In this document: piece by piece, positions 1 through 16,448 of the stretch | Layout of the letters: each line of letters opens with the position of its first letter | Position numbering within the stretch: position 1 is the first letter of the stretch | From: Chlorokybus atmophyticus | Taxonomy: Eukaryota > Plantae > Mesostigma and Chlorokybus algae | Direction of reading: 5' to 3' | Assembly: GCA_009103225.1 (NCBI GenBank) | Contig: RHPI01003536.1 | Span: forward strand, 185,844 to 237,197 | Length of the DNA stretch: 51,354 nt | Notes under the pieces: model-generated | Databases searched by the model: none | What the model was told of the DNA's origin: nothing | The model's input: the letters and a program-made list of their open reading frames with translations, nothing else | Position numbers and translations under genes: made by a program

Positions 1-162
1 GGGGATTGATGGCGGCGGTGAGGCGACATAGGTTTAGCACGCATTATATATAGCATGCGCACAGCTCATCATTGCCACGCAAAAATGTACCGTGAATGAT
101 TTATGTTTGCATAGTGTGCAGAATATCCTTGAAGGCGCAATTATATTTGAATTGCAACATTT

Positions 163-218
163 CAATTTAGCAAGATTGCCGGCGCTGCAACTGCAGCGCC
201 GGCAATCTTGCTAAATTG
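163..218. repeat. Perfect inverted repeat, 27-bp arms with 2-nt spacer
   Basis: caatttagcaagattgccggcgctgca (163-189), ac, then its exact reverse complement (192-218). Confidence 0.95.
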
Positions 219-589
219 GTAGTTGTATGCAAAAGGTATATGCTAGTATGCTTGTATGAATGTGCCGCATGTTTAACCAAAAGTACATGTATTGCAAATA
301 TCACTTGCTGTTGAACATCACATGCAATTTGCGGAAGCTAGAGACAGGACGTTGAGATACAATTGTAACTGCTAGCAAAAAGCCTGAGCTGGTGCAACAT
401 CACAATATGCATAATAATACACCGTTGCTTGCAGTTACTGAACTCCTCAGCTCTCTAGTCTATATGCATCAGCATTTACTAGTCTCAACCATGCTGCACC
501 AGCTCAGGCTTTCAAAACCTCCTAACTTCTGACCATGGTACAAACAACAAAACAAGTGATGAGTACCAGCAGGTGCATAATGATGACCT

Positions 590-3827
<3,238 letters not shown>

Positions 3828-5545
3828 CTCTGTTGCACTGCCCAAGGAAAAACAATGTCTCACGCTCACGCCCTTCCAGTGAAAGCTGCAAGCTGCTAGT
3901 AGCATTAAAGCTTCAAACTAGCAGCACACACACGCGTAGACACATGACGTGGGAGTGGGGAAGGGGTAAGTGAAGTGAAATGACAGAGGCGGGAAACTGC
4001 TGCCGACACTAACTGCAAATACATTGTGCAGCAAACTAGTATATGTGCCTGCCTGTGTGACTGACTGACAGGTTGGGGCAGTGATTGGAGTAGGGTGGGT
4101 GCGTGGTACAGACGTAGGCGAATGAAATGAAAGAAACAAGTGGCTTATAAGGGTTAGCCCGGTGGTTGCAGGTGTGCAAGCTAGATGAGAGTGTTGTGCG
4201 TGGTGTTGGCGTGTTGCAATGTGAAGCATGTTGGACGTGTGATGACATGTCAGAACCTGCCATGAGTGCAGTAGCACAGCGGGCGTAACACACCCGCCCG
4301 CACATGCGTTCACACACGCACATAGAGAGCGCTGAACATACCGGCGACGGTGTCGCTGACGGTGTCGCTGACGAGGAGAAAGCCTGGAATGTGCACTGGC
4401 CTACCGCTTGCACGGATGCTGGATTGCCTTGCCCATTGCATGTTCTTATCCATGTAGGGTTTCTTTTACTTGGCAACGAGCGCTGAGCGCTGGCACCTAC
4501 TGAATCCTACTGTCCGCATCTCAGGGCGACATGTCACATCATGCGTGTTATGTACTGCATGTACTCACTGCTAGTAACATTATTACCTACTCTGATGGCT
4601 ACCAGCCTGCTACGCTGCTGGTATAGCCGCTCACCATGGAGGGCATTGCTGCATGCACCATGCCGCTGACTTGACCCAGCATGTTGTGGGCGGCACCTTT
4701 GCAGCGCACGCGCCATGCTTGTGTCCGTGCTGCTTTCACCACAGTACTTTACAACGAATCCGTTTCATGTGGGCTGCTGTGAGAACTTACCGAGCAGCAA
4801 GACCGCTTGAGGCATAATGCCAAAAGGCCTATTAAATAGGCAAATTGAGAGATAGCCACACGTGCAGGAGCACCAAGAAAGTACACCATGTTGTCCTCAG
4901 CCTGGCAGAACTCCTGGCAGTTATGGACCCCACCTTGGGATAGGCCTACGTACCAACGCTGAGTTGACGCCGATGGTAGCGTGGCAGTGGCACGGTGATC
5001 TTGTTAGCGGGGACGGCAAAGTTCAGCATTCCCCCCCCCCTGGTATGTCGGAGATATGAATAGTACTCCGCCATGGCAAAATGATGAGAATCCCACTGTT
5101 TAAAGCTACAAACTTGCACCGCAGATCAAGACACATGCATGTTAAGACCGACAGGCAATGGCAAGGCAACTCGAACACAAGGCTCAATATATACTCATTA
5201 TTGTTTATGTCTACAAAGACAGCCCATGTAACCAGGGCCGAACGCCATTCCATGATGACGCAGTAATCCAATAATGCATCAACTGCAATCAATCGTTGTG
5301 GGCCAGGGGAAGAGGTAATCACAAGCAGCGGGTAGTTGATTTATGTTGCAAAAACAATTGCTGCATTATCGACGCATGCAATTGGAAGACAAGTTTAGCA
5401 TGTAATCACAACAACATGATAATAGTGGAATCATAGGCAAGGAATTCAAACATATATATGTTACAATTAACTTGACCGCTTTGACCGCTGAGTACAAACT
5501 AACTTCACTTAATAATGCATATTCGTCTACCTTAGCAACCATATG

Positions 5546-6200
5546 GTTGCTAGGCTACTGGGGGTTTGGGTAGGCTACGTGCGTGTAAATGCGTAGCTAG
5601 GTCACAACAGCTTGCTGGAGTCGCCTTGCCATGTTTGCCTTGCCTATCTTAAGCCTCTTAAACTTGTACTACAAGTTTAAGCATACAATATGGACATATT
5701 ATGTCCCTATAATATGCTCCGTGTATATCGTGAAAAGGCGATTGCATGGTGAAAATGAGCAGCGTATCGTGGGAGTACTTGCAACCCAACTGCGGCCGAT
5801 CTTGGGGCACGCACAGAGGTAACCTTCAAAAAGCGAGTTGATGCATGCTGCAAAACGCTGACGCGTGCGATTGAGGCTAGGCTTGGAGTGTAAACAAGCA
5901 ACATGCCTTTGAGTTAATGGATTCCTTTAACATATGCATCACACTTAATTCTAACCGCCTCGATCTTCAAGGGTTGCTAGGCTACGTATGTGTAAATGCG
6001 TAGGTCACAATGTACGTGCTAGAGTTTGCCTTACCTTGCCTTGCCTTGTATGCCTTTGTGTTATGTTTGATGCGTGCGTGTATGCAATTTAGGCAGAGGT
6101 AAAGACATGGTGAAAGTGAGCAGCTGCCACTCGGAGTACTTGCAACCCAAAGAGAGGGGCGCTGCGACTCGGGCGCACTATTAGGTGTGTGTCAGTGCTC
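5546..6200. repeat. Degenerate direct repeat pair, probable non-autonomous TE remnants
   Basis: Shared blocks in the same order: ggttgctaggcta, gtgtaaatgcgta..ggtcacaa, cagaggtaa and ggagtacttgcaaccca, at about 5546-5830 and 5972-6150. Confidence 0.5.
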
Positions 6201-7342
6201 GTACAAAGTACGCAATTCAACTACCAGCACAATTGCATCACCATCTTGTGCGCACTAGACGCGGTGCACTTAATTGTAGCAATAACTGCACAAATGGGAT
6301 TGCAACGAATTACACAACATCCCATTTCAACCCCTTCACACACGCCCCTAACCCTTTTTTTTTAAATATCGACTCGAGTTGCTGCACAAAGGGGTGCTGC
6401 AACGCAATCGTTCACATAGCATATATGCGATACGAAGTGCCACATAGGCGGATGCATCCGCACACAACAACAGGCTTAGCAAGCAGGGAGCAAAGTATAT
6501 ATGACTACATCATGCTTGCAACGAAAGCAAATACATACATAGTGGTAGTAGTAGATGTAGCGTAGTGATTAGATAGCATGCAGGCGTGTGGCTTAGCCCA
6601 GTGGTCAAGTAGGAAAACCAATGTTGTTGCTGGTTGACTGCATGCTCATGCATATTTGCGTGTGCTACCTGCTCTTGAATCCTTACACTGCTTCCACAAT
6701 GTTCCCCAGTCCGGCCAACTGCCAAGCCATATTACTAGCTCAAGCAACGGCAACGCTGCAGCAAGCGAAGGTGGTGCTAGTAGCTGTTAGACTTACAGGC
6801 AAGCGCTGCTCGAGCTTAAAAACATGCGCTACCACTCGCAAAATAGGTTGCCTTAATCCCTCAAGCTTCTGCCGTCAGGTGCGTGGTCATGTTTGCCTTG
6901 CTGTTTTGTCTTGCTACGTTAAACGTTCAGGTCCCCACGTACACACAAGCAAGCTTACACGTCGGCAGCTTGATTGTATGCAATGGTCAGCAACAGTAAG
7001 TCCACAAAGCCGCGCAACTGATGGCAAAACTTGGCTGTTGTCAGCACACCTTGCCATCTTGCCACGCACAAGCTGTTGCCCCTCCGCCGCCAGGATAGGC
7101 TAACCCTAATCCCAAGACAAACAGGCAGGGTGTTCCGCCGCCGCTAGCGCTGCTGGCGTTTTAGAGCTGGACAGCTGGCACGCTAGGTCTGCCAGTTGGA
7201 GATATTGATTTCATCGCGTCGTTGGTGCGGGAGCGGCGGCGGCGGCGGCGGCGACGCGGGCCAAGGCTTGTTTGTCTGTTGTGTAGGTGGTTGTAATTGC
7301 TACTGCTGGTGTTGTTGCTGAGCGGTCCAGCGGGCAGCAGTC

Positions 7343-9042
7343 ATGGGGAAGCTAGCGCCGCTCAAGATGTTTGCTGTGCCGGGCCTCATGCTTGGGCTGA
7401 AGGTATGTGCACTTGCCGGGTCTCTTGTTGTTGTCATGGACTCTCTACCTTGGGTGGCTTTGCTGCCTGCCTCTGTTCCTAACAGCCTGTGTGTGTACTT
7501 GTGCTGGCACAATTGTCAGTCAGATTGAAACAGGCAGCTTGTACGTCGGTTGTCCTTCAGTGTCTTGCTCAGCTCTCACTGAGTTATTCACTGAGATGAT
7601 AGGTTTAACCGTGCTTGTGTACACTTATTGTTGATCAATAGGTTCACTCGCAACTGACGGTTGGTTTTGCAACTCTTGTGATGCTGGTACAGGTGTTTGG
7701 AGCAGACTACAAGGACTCCGCCACAATCCTCGTCATCCGAGCTACCTTTGCAGTCATGTCGCTAGTTGTGCTTCTGGCGCAGCTGTTTGTAGGGCTGAAG
7801 CTGTTAACCTCCAAGAGGCAAGCTGAAGAAACGGTTGAGGTGGAGCAGAAAGACATGCAAGGGTAGGTTATGGCCTGCTCAACTGCTTGGCATATAACTG
7901 CTGTGTAATCACAGGTTTGGTCGTAGTTATGGATTGGCTTGGCTCGAGTGTATGTATGCAAAAAGCGTTCTGCTAGCGCCCAGCATTGACAACTTGTTTT
8001 ACTGCCGGCTGTCGCATTGTGGTCTGTGGTGCAATACTACAATTGAAGCGCAACCAGGCAGGTCGCATGTGTATACGTGTATACCGACTGTATTTACCTG
8101 ATACATGCACTGGTCCGCAGGAATAGCACAACTACAAAGTTGTCTGTGAAGGACTATGACATGGCGGAGTGGCGTAAAGCAATTGGCGGTTTCCTTCTGG
8201 TATGTTCTTTGTGTTACAACCTAGCTTGGATTCAGTTTTATGGCATTAGGCATTATTAATTGCAGTTTGACCTTGAGTATCGCACATTGCGCAGGTGTCA
8301 GCGATCTCTGTGTTCGCGCATGTGAAATTTGAGATGGTTCCAACACTGCTTATCTCATCAGGTCAGTTGGCACGCAGTCTTTAGGCTAGGTAATTTAACG
8401 CCACTTCTACATGTTGGATGGCGCATGCGCACCATGTCACCATTAGTTTGCAAGCATGATTGTGACATTTGACTAGGTGTTGTGACACTCGGGCGGTTGG
8501 TTCTTCAGCTGTTAGCGTCAATAGTAGTTGTGATCCGTCTGCTGTTGTCTTGTGTAGTCGGCATCTTAGGCTCATTGTGCTGTTGTCAGTCATGCAGACA
8601 TTGACGCTGCTTGAGAGCCCGCTTTTCCGCATCTATATTCTTGAGGAGGCTCCTGCAAGCGATGACGAGTTGAAACGACCTTTTGTTGCAAAGAACCCGA
8701 TGAAGGACATGTAAGCGGGAAGCCGAGTTGGTGATCCCCTCCACTGTCATATAGCACGGGCTGTTGTGGCCACAGCTATTTGTGATTTGACATACACATG
8801 TACACGTTTAAACACAACAAACATACAGGCACACATACACACGCATATGCATGCGCGCATGCACATGCACAAGTGCATGCACATTCGCACATTTTCATGC
8901 ATAAACGTCTGTCATATGCAGGATTGACAATTGGAAGAAGTCACTGGAGCCCGCCGCGGACAGCCAACAGACCATCGAGGGTGCAGCCACGCAGCCATCG
9001 TCATCAAAGAGCAGCAAAGGGAAGCGCAACAAGCAGTCGTAG
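7343..9042 (+). CDS. PHO88/SND3-family ER membrane protein (6 exons)
   Basis: Exons 7343-7402, 7693-7862, 8121-8199, 8295-8361, 8590-8710 and 8922-9042 splice in frame. Product includes SVKDYDMAEWRK and PTLLISSVMQTLTLLESPLFRIYIL..LKRPF, resembling the PHO88 family C-terminal signature. Confidence 0.8.
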
Positions 9043-10330
9043 GTGGTTTTTGGGGTGTAATCTGTGTGACCATCACTGCAAGGGAATGCTCGCATTGTAA
9101 GGGAACTTGATTTGCGTGAGATGCGTTGCAAACAAGCCTGCCCCTAAGCAACATTGTGTTGCATCGGGGCATTGTTGATGGGTTGTGATGCTCACTAAAA
9201 CAGAACCTGGTTTGAAGTAGGCGATGGCTCCCCTGGGTCCAGTTGGATAAGTATTGGACAAGTGCAGTTGGTGCACATCAGCTGAGTGCAGTCCAGTCAT
9301 CATAAAAATCAAGTATAATTTGTATATGATTCGGACTGCCCTGCTTGAAGCCTCGGTTGATGCGTTGATTTAGTGGTGTCGCAAGCATTGAGCAGGGAGG
9401 CAGCCTGTATTGTATGCCTGCACATGTCGCTGCTGGTTGTGTGGCTGCTGGTTGTGTGTTACATCGGGCATTGCTGTAGTTTGCGCCCGCGCCTACTCAG
9501 TTGCAGTAATGGTAGTGCTTAGTGATGTGCGCGTTGCGCAATCATATGGACGCGTGGATGCAGCTGCGTGTTGCACTTGCCCCCCCATCTTTGTCTCCAC
9601 TAACAGCAACATCGTCACACCAAGCTATGCACTGTCATCCCTGCCTATCACTGCACAAGCATACTCACACGCATGCCAGCGGCACCCCCCATCTTGGAGT
9701 CTAAAGCCGAGCACGGCATCTTGCAGCACCATGCAAGGCAGCGGCTCAGCACTGCTAAGACCAAAGAAGCCTAGTAGGTAAGAAACCTAGTAAGTGCATA
9801 TGGAGAAGTGGACGAAGAACACTACTATTTTGCTCCATAGGGCTATCCTGGCGGTGCCAACCAACAAACTTTTGCCATGCATATACTGTAGTAGTGTCTC
9901 TGTGTTACAATACGGTGCTTTGGTGCTTGCCAGCATCAACTTCAGCCATGCGTGTTCAGTGAAAACGCATTTCGCGCTCGGTATAAGGGCCATATCATAG
10001 CATGTGGTTTATGCGTTGCAGTTTTAACAGGTAACTTCTATGTTGCTAGGTAACGACTACTCTGATATAGAAGGAGTTCTAGTCCACGCACATTGATGAC
10101 TGCATGGTATGCCATTGCAGCAGAGTGTCTATACATGCCTAACAGCCCCGCGCATATCCTGTACGCCTGTCCTACAACTGCCTTGTCTTGCGGAATTGTC
10201 GGGTGCAGGGCGCTCAGGGTAGACTGTACATCAACTTCTGTACCAATCAACAACGATTGCACTTCACTTGCTGAGAGCTGCTCATAAGTGACGTGGTCCG
10301 CGATGCATACTTGTACAATATGGACAGAAT

Positions 10331-12479
10331 CTATTCTGTCACCACCAACTGGTACTCTTTATCTGCCTTGAGTTTAGGTGTCCTTTCATCTAGAAATGAG
10401 GCCATGGGACTATGTTGCAATGGCGTGCCGGGCAGTGAGAGTGACGGCTGCATGCGATATAAGTAGAGAGCGCACACGACCACCATAGCGGCGAGGAGAA
10501 AGGGTAGAGAAATATCAAAGCTTGAGAGTGCAGCTGAGAGCAGCGCCGTGATGAATATCCCGCACGCGCTGGCGTACACCTTCGCCACGTTGGACATGAA
10601 CTTCACCACGGCGGACACGCACAGTCCCGACAACGCCATGGTGAGGACTATCACCATCGCATATGAGTCGAAGCCCCGGAAAATGGCTAAGTCCCACACG
10701 CGCGCGGGCTCGCGCACGGCCACAACGAGGAGATTGAACACGCATCCCCACAAGTAGAGCTGGATGTTTTGGAGATAGATGGGAGCGGCGTAGTCCTTCT
10801 GGAATAGGTACTCGCTCACAATGCCTGCGGCTGCAGCGAGGGTGGAGCCCACAACAACAAGCAGCAGGCCCAGCGCAGGATAGTCCGACAGGTGCGTGCA
10901 AGGCGCGTGCTGTTGGGACTCGCACACGGCCATCTGCGAGGCCATCACGCCGTTAAGGAGAAGCAGTATTGAGACCCACTGCACATGGGTGAATTGCCGC
11001 CGTAGGAACATCGTTGACATCACCGCCACGATCGGGATTTCCACATGGCTGAATACCACAAACGTCACAGGCGTCGCCAGCTTGCGCAGAACGATGAACC
11101 TGCAAGAAGGAGTCTGTCATGACAATACTGCTGCTGCTTACGAAGGCGCGCATGCCTACACGCAATGCATTACCGCCTTTTTGGTTTAGCACTGTGCACA
11201 CACATTCGCAAACCAACCTGCTTGAGAGTGTGCACGCAGCATAAATGCCTTGCTTATGTAGATACATACACTACTCACATGTGACGCATGTATGCGTGCA
11301 TGCGCACGTGCGTGCGAGCATAGATGTCTGTATGCATGCGTGTGTGCGTGCGTATGTACATCTCTCTTGTGGTCGTGCTTTACAATATCAACCACATGTG
11401 CTGATGGCGGTGCCCAATGCTGCAGCAACCATGAGCTCAGCGGGTAAAGATGTGCGCGCCATGACGCCCACACTCTTTATTGAGGTAAGATGTTACCTTA
11501 CCCAACATTTACCTGAGGTTGTTCTCGACGCAGTACACTGCGGCAGGGATGGCGAAGTGGGCAAATCCGCGCGGCGTGATGTGCGTGTTGATGAGGTCCC
11601 GCAAGCCCGCCGCGCTGCGCTCGGATGGCTCCGTGTAGAACAGCAGCAGCAGCGCACTCAATGCGAGCTTCGCTGCCTCGGCTGCCAGCACCGCCGCCGC
11701 TGCGCTGAACGGATAGTCGCCGCCGTGAAGCTCCTTCACCCTGTTTGGACCCATGCAAACATCAAGTCCTGGCGGGCATGCGTTCATGCGCGTGCATGTG
11801 CGAGTGTGTGCAGGCGTGCCAATATGTGCGTGCGTGCGCACACGCACTCACGCACTAACCTGTCACCTATCATGGGTTGCACACCTCATGCGCACCAATT
11901 TGTTGCGCAACGAAAGATTTAGTGAGTGCATGAGCGCACGCACGCACGCACCAACCAGTCAGTCATCACGATTGCAAACCGTATGCGCTTGAATTAGGGC
12001 GCATTGATAGAATCTCTTAGCAGACACACCGTTGCGCTATGCAGTGTGGTGGTATCTAGAACTCAGACAGACCAAACACGCATGCGATGCTAGTGCCCAG
12101 ACACCAACAGAAAGACATGCTGGTTTAGATTGTTGCTCATTCATGCTCAAGAGTCACAACACAAAGTGCTCTCCAACATGCTCTTCATCAACAATAAATA
12201 TGATAGATATCAGTTTTAAAAAGACTAGAACGAATAATAATATCGTCACCAACTCAACAACCTTACGTTTCACGTTTGGCTGCTTTGTGAAGCCCAAACA
12301 GCAAAAGTAAACCACGAAAGTTCTCACGCTAATTGTAGCTGACATGTGTGCGCAAGAATGCTTTGCAAACCATTCGCCAGGCTAGGCCAGGCCACGAACC
12401 TGTGCACGAGAACCACATTGATGGCGCTCAGCGCCACCTGCCCGCTCAGCAGCAGCGCTTTGGAGCTCCCTTGGAGCAT
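10331..12479 (-). CDS. Nucleotide-sugar transporter, SLC35A / CMP-sialic-acid-transporter-like
   Basis: Multi-TM exons: YPFSAAAAVLAAEAAKLALS; HFAIPAAVYCVENNL; EIPIVAVMSTMFLRRQFTHVQWVSILLL; AAAGIVSEYLFQK; IYLQNIQLYLWG; GLCVSAVVKFMSNVAKVYA. Start codon assignment (12479) is tentative. Confidence 0.85.
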
Positions 12480-12530
12480 CCTGCTTGCGGGGCCTCTCAG
12501 CTCACCCAAGGATCAACCTACATTGCCCTA

Positions 12531-12790
12531 GTCCGGCCTGGCCTGGCCTGGCCTGGCCTGGCCTGATCTGATCTGGCCTAGCCTGGCCTGGCTTGGCCTT
12601 GTGAGCTTGAGTGGCCGGCCAACAACCACTTCAACAATGCAACTCCAGCATGCAAAAGTTATTTGCTCAATTATCAGGTCAGCCCCAGCCTAGCCCAAAA
12701 GGTGCAAGGTCACCTGGGCCACACGCGCAAGAGACCGCCGCCTAGCCCTGGCCTGGCCTGGCCTGGCCTGGCGCTAGCCTGGTCAAATTT
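12531..12790. promoter_or_regulatory. (GGCCT)n pentamer tracts in the divergent region between the transporter and STRAP
   Basis: Two GGCCT tandem runs (about 12535-12600 and 12748-12782) between head-to-head genes. Regulatory role is inferred from position only. Confidence 0.35.
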
Positions 12791-13144
12791 TTCCTGCAGG
12801 GCTTCGGAATACGTCTACTGTATCAAGAGCCGTAATCCGTCAGCTCGCTAGGCTAGCCGTATCTGGGCTCGCGAGAAAATGAGCTGAGTTACAGCCGCCG
12901 GGCTCTACATGTCGGTAATTTGGTCTAATCAATAGGTCAACTGGCTCGTCCAGTTCCGCAGAGCTGGTGTATCAACGTTACGGCTGTTGTGGGTGGCGGC
13001 CGCGCCTTGCGGCGGCGGCGGCGGAGCTGGAGGAGGAGGCGGAGGCCATCGTAGTGGACTGGGAAGCTGTGTTTTTGTACATACGGAGATTAGGGCACTG
13101 TCACTTGCACTGCGGCTGCTCCTTCTTGCGTCAGCCAGCCAGCA

Positions 13145-13153
13145 AAACCCTAA
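13145..13153 (+). promoter_or_regulatory. Telo-box motif AAACCCTAA in the 5' region of STRAP
   Basis: Exact plant telo-box match; a related AACCCTAA lies near 7103 upstream of the PHO88-like gene. A short motif could occur by chance. Confidence 0.35.
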
Positions 13154-13441
13154 CTTAGCTTAGCTAGTGCAGATCAGCGCTGCCACTGCATGCGCTGCTG
13201 TTTACGTGTTGTTGTTGCTTAGCCATACTTGTTGTTTGCTGAGTTGTTTCGGTCAGTCGTAGCTAGCTAGATTCATTGACCTCAGAAGGCCGCCCCCAGG
13301 ATCAGGATCGCTTGTAGCTGTCTCCATCAATAGCAGAAAGACTGTAGTTAAACGCTTTGCAGCACAGGTCTGGTCTGCTTAGATTTGCTACCATAGTTCT
13401 TTTGTAGGCGATTGTTTATCCTCTCACGTCAAGTTGAAGGC

Positions 13442-15446
13442 ATGGCGAGCAACAACAAGCGGCCGCAGCAGGTGCCTCTGGTCTGCCACGGGCACTCCAG
13501 GCCCATAGTGGACCTGTGGTATTCCCCCATAACACCGGATGGCTACTTCCTTATCTCCGCCTCCAAAGGTACGATTGTTATGCTCATTACTCATTCAGGT
13601 AGCTGCTGCATTCACTTGCTGTCGAGGTTGCACAAAGTGCCAGTATTGCCTGTGGAACACCAGTTGGCATTTGCTAGGTCAACTGCATTCAGCAATAGGG
13701 TGCAAAACGTATTTGCATATTAGAGTAGTGCAATTGAGTGCATTAGGTGAATATCCTTGCATTCAACTAGCAGCCAAGCGCTGAGTGCCCTGTAAGGCTT
13801 GCACAGCTGGCAATGCTGGTTTGTACAACTATGAGACAGATTGACAGTTACGATTCTTGTGCTTCAAGATGGCAAGCCCATGCTGCGGAACGGAGAGACT
13901 GGGGACTGGATTGGGACTTTTGAGGGTCACAAGGGAGCCGTGTGGGGTGCATGCTTGGACCCGCCCGCCATGCGTGCCGCCACAGGATCCGCTGACTTCT
14001 CAGCGTAAGTTTTGTTGTTGTTGCAACTTCCCAGCTGGCTTTGGAAAACAATGACTATTGACCCACCCGCATGCACACATGCATGCGCGTTTATAACCTT
14101 ACACATGTGTGCGCACATTCTCAAGCATGTGTGCAATCATTGGCGAGAACACAGCATGTATCAACCAATGTGGTGCCTTGTGTTGGTTACAGGAGGGTTT
14201 GGGATGCTCTCGCTGGCGAAGAGTTGCACTCATTCGAACACAAGCATATCGTGCGGTGCGTTGATTTTGCACAGGTACCGTTGCTGTAGTGCAGCTGCTT
14301 GCTAGTTGAGGTGTGCATTGCAGTTTTTACGTTGTTTCAAAAGGACATCTGCCTTTTGTGACTGCAACTGCAAGATCCTCTTGCTGTGTTGATGCGCAGA
14401 ACTCGTCCAAGCTTCTGACTGGAGGACAAGAGAAGCTTATACGGTTGTTCGACTTGGAAAGGCCTGATGCTGAACCGCAGGTGCATAGTCATATATCAAG
14501 TTCACATGCAAGCTGGCTGTGTATACCTGCACGTGTATATGTATACATGCATGCATGCCAGGAGCTGTGTCGCTGTATCACTTGATGGCTGACCCTGTGC
14601 AGAGACTGGAGGGTTCTCCAGCAGGCATCCGAGTAGCCGTTTTTCACGGAAATGACTCGCTGGTTTTGACAGCGGTTGCCGACACGCCTGGCATCAATGT
14701 GTGGGACGTGCGTACCGGGCAACGCATCCGTACCCTCGAAACAAAGACCCCTCCCACAAGCTTGCAGGTGCAATTGGCATGACTGTTCTGGTTGGAGTCA
14801 TTGACATGCTAGATCTGCTGCATGTAACCCTGCCACGTGTGTGCCCTGTTGGGCTTTGGGTTGACGGCCTGGCATTGTTGACGCGTGTGCTATGCAATGT
14901 GTGGAGACAGGTTGCTGATGGCAAGTATCTAGTGACGGCGGATGGCAAGGAGGTGAAGTTCTGGGACGCGTCTTCGTTTGCTTTGGTGAAGGCGCACACG
15001 ATGCCAGTCACCACCGAGTCGGCATCATTCTTCCCCTCGAAGTCCAAGTTTGTTGCTGCTGGAGAAGACATGTGGGTTCGCCTGTTTGACTTCAACACCG
15101 GGCAGGAGCTTGGTGAGTATCAACAGTGAGTCGCTTGATGATTGGTATCAACCTGTCACTCTGTGTCGACTAACAAAGAAACATGTGCTAGAGTGCAACA
15201 AGGGTCATCACGGACCGGTGCACGCTGTTCGGTTTGCGCCAACAGGGAATTCGTATGCTTCTGGGTGAGTTGGTTTGAGGCTTCGAACTGATGTGTAGGT
15301 TGTGATCGTGAACTTTCTGTATCGTACTGCACATCTCACCTGTGTTGTTTGCTTTCAGGTCGGAGGATGGGACGATACGGTTGTGGAGCGTGTTTGAGGA
15401 GGAGCCCGCGATTGTGGAACAGGTCGAATCACTGACACTGACATAA
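13442..15446 (+). CDS. STRAP: Serine-threonine kinase receptor-associated protein (WD40; STRAP/UNRIP), about 8 exons
   Basis: [58 protein letters not shown]; FEHKHIVR; [15 protein letters not shown]; [26 protein letters not shown]. Confidence 0.95.
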
Positions 15447-16448
15447 GGGGTTCTCATACTTATGGCCCAGCGAAAGCTGTTGGATGTGACGGGAGGTGAT
15501 TGCGAAAGCACATGCATAAGAGGTGTGGCTTGTGTTTGCACGCATGTGCCTTAACACCATACACGCATTTGCGCTTGCACACGCCTTATCCGCACAGTCC
15601 ACAACAGGGTTGAGTATCAAAATGTGTAGACTCCTTGCATACCTTGGGTGCACAGCGTAATGAACGGTCTCAACTGCAGGGGTGCTGCGTTGCGTTCACC
15701 AGTGTCACTCCGAAGTGTATGGTGGTGCTTTGCATGCAACACATGCATCTATGCAGACATGCATGCGTGCGCATGCACAAGTGGACAGATGTGTAGGCTT
15801 GCACAGTGTTGTGTGCATGGTGTGCACGTTAGTTACCATGGCCTCCACTGCTGGCGTGCTCGCATCTAGCACTTACGGTCTATGGTGTTATTTCGCGCGG
15901 TTACCAGGAGATGTGTGACACACTAGCAGCCCTATTTGTTGTGTATGCAGCAATCGCACTGCGACCTCTATCATCAATGACATACAAGCAATGTCTAGTG
16001 CTGCGAAGGTTGCCACTCCTACCCCATGTGGCGGTTCAGGATCAACACGGGGCTGCCATTGAGGCAATGTGTTTGACTGAACAACCTGCATTTTATGAAC
16101 CGCGGAAACGCGACAGACTTTGGCCTACATTGGGATATTGTGGACTTACACAAGCATGATTGTCACACATACTGCTCATTGCACCATCAAAATCTGCACC
16201 CACCCACAACAGTTCAGAACAGGAATTGTTGAGAGTCACAGTAGAGGAACAGTTAACTTGGCTCACAAACTTCAGTAGCACAACGACACCCGCCTTGGGT
16301 GTATGTGTGCAATGTGCAACAACATTGTACATTCACATGGAAAAGAGGGTATATCACACGGTTGACACAGACATGACTATGCGAGACTACAGGGAGCAAT
16401 CCACATTGCCCCCAAAACATCCTGTTCGCTGACTCTTGCTCTCCCCTC

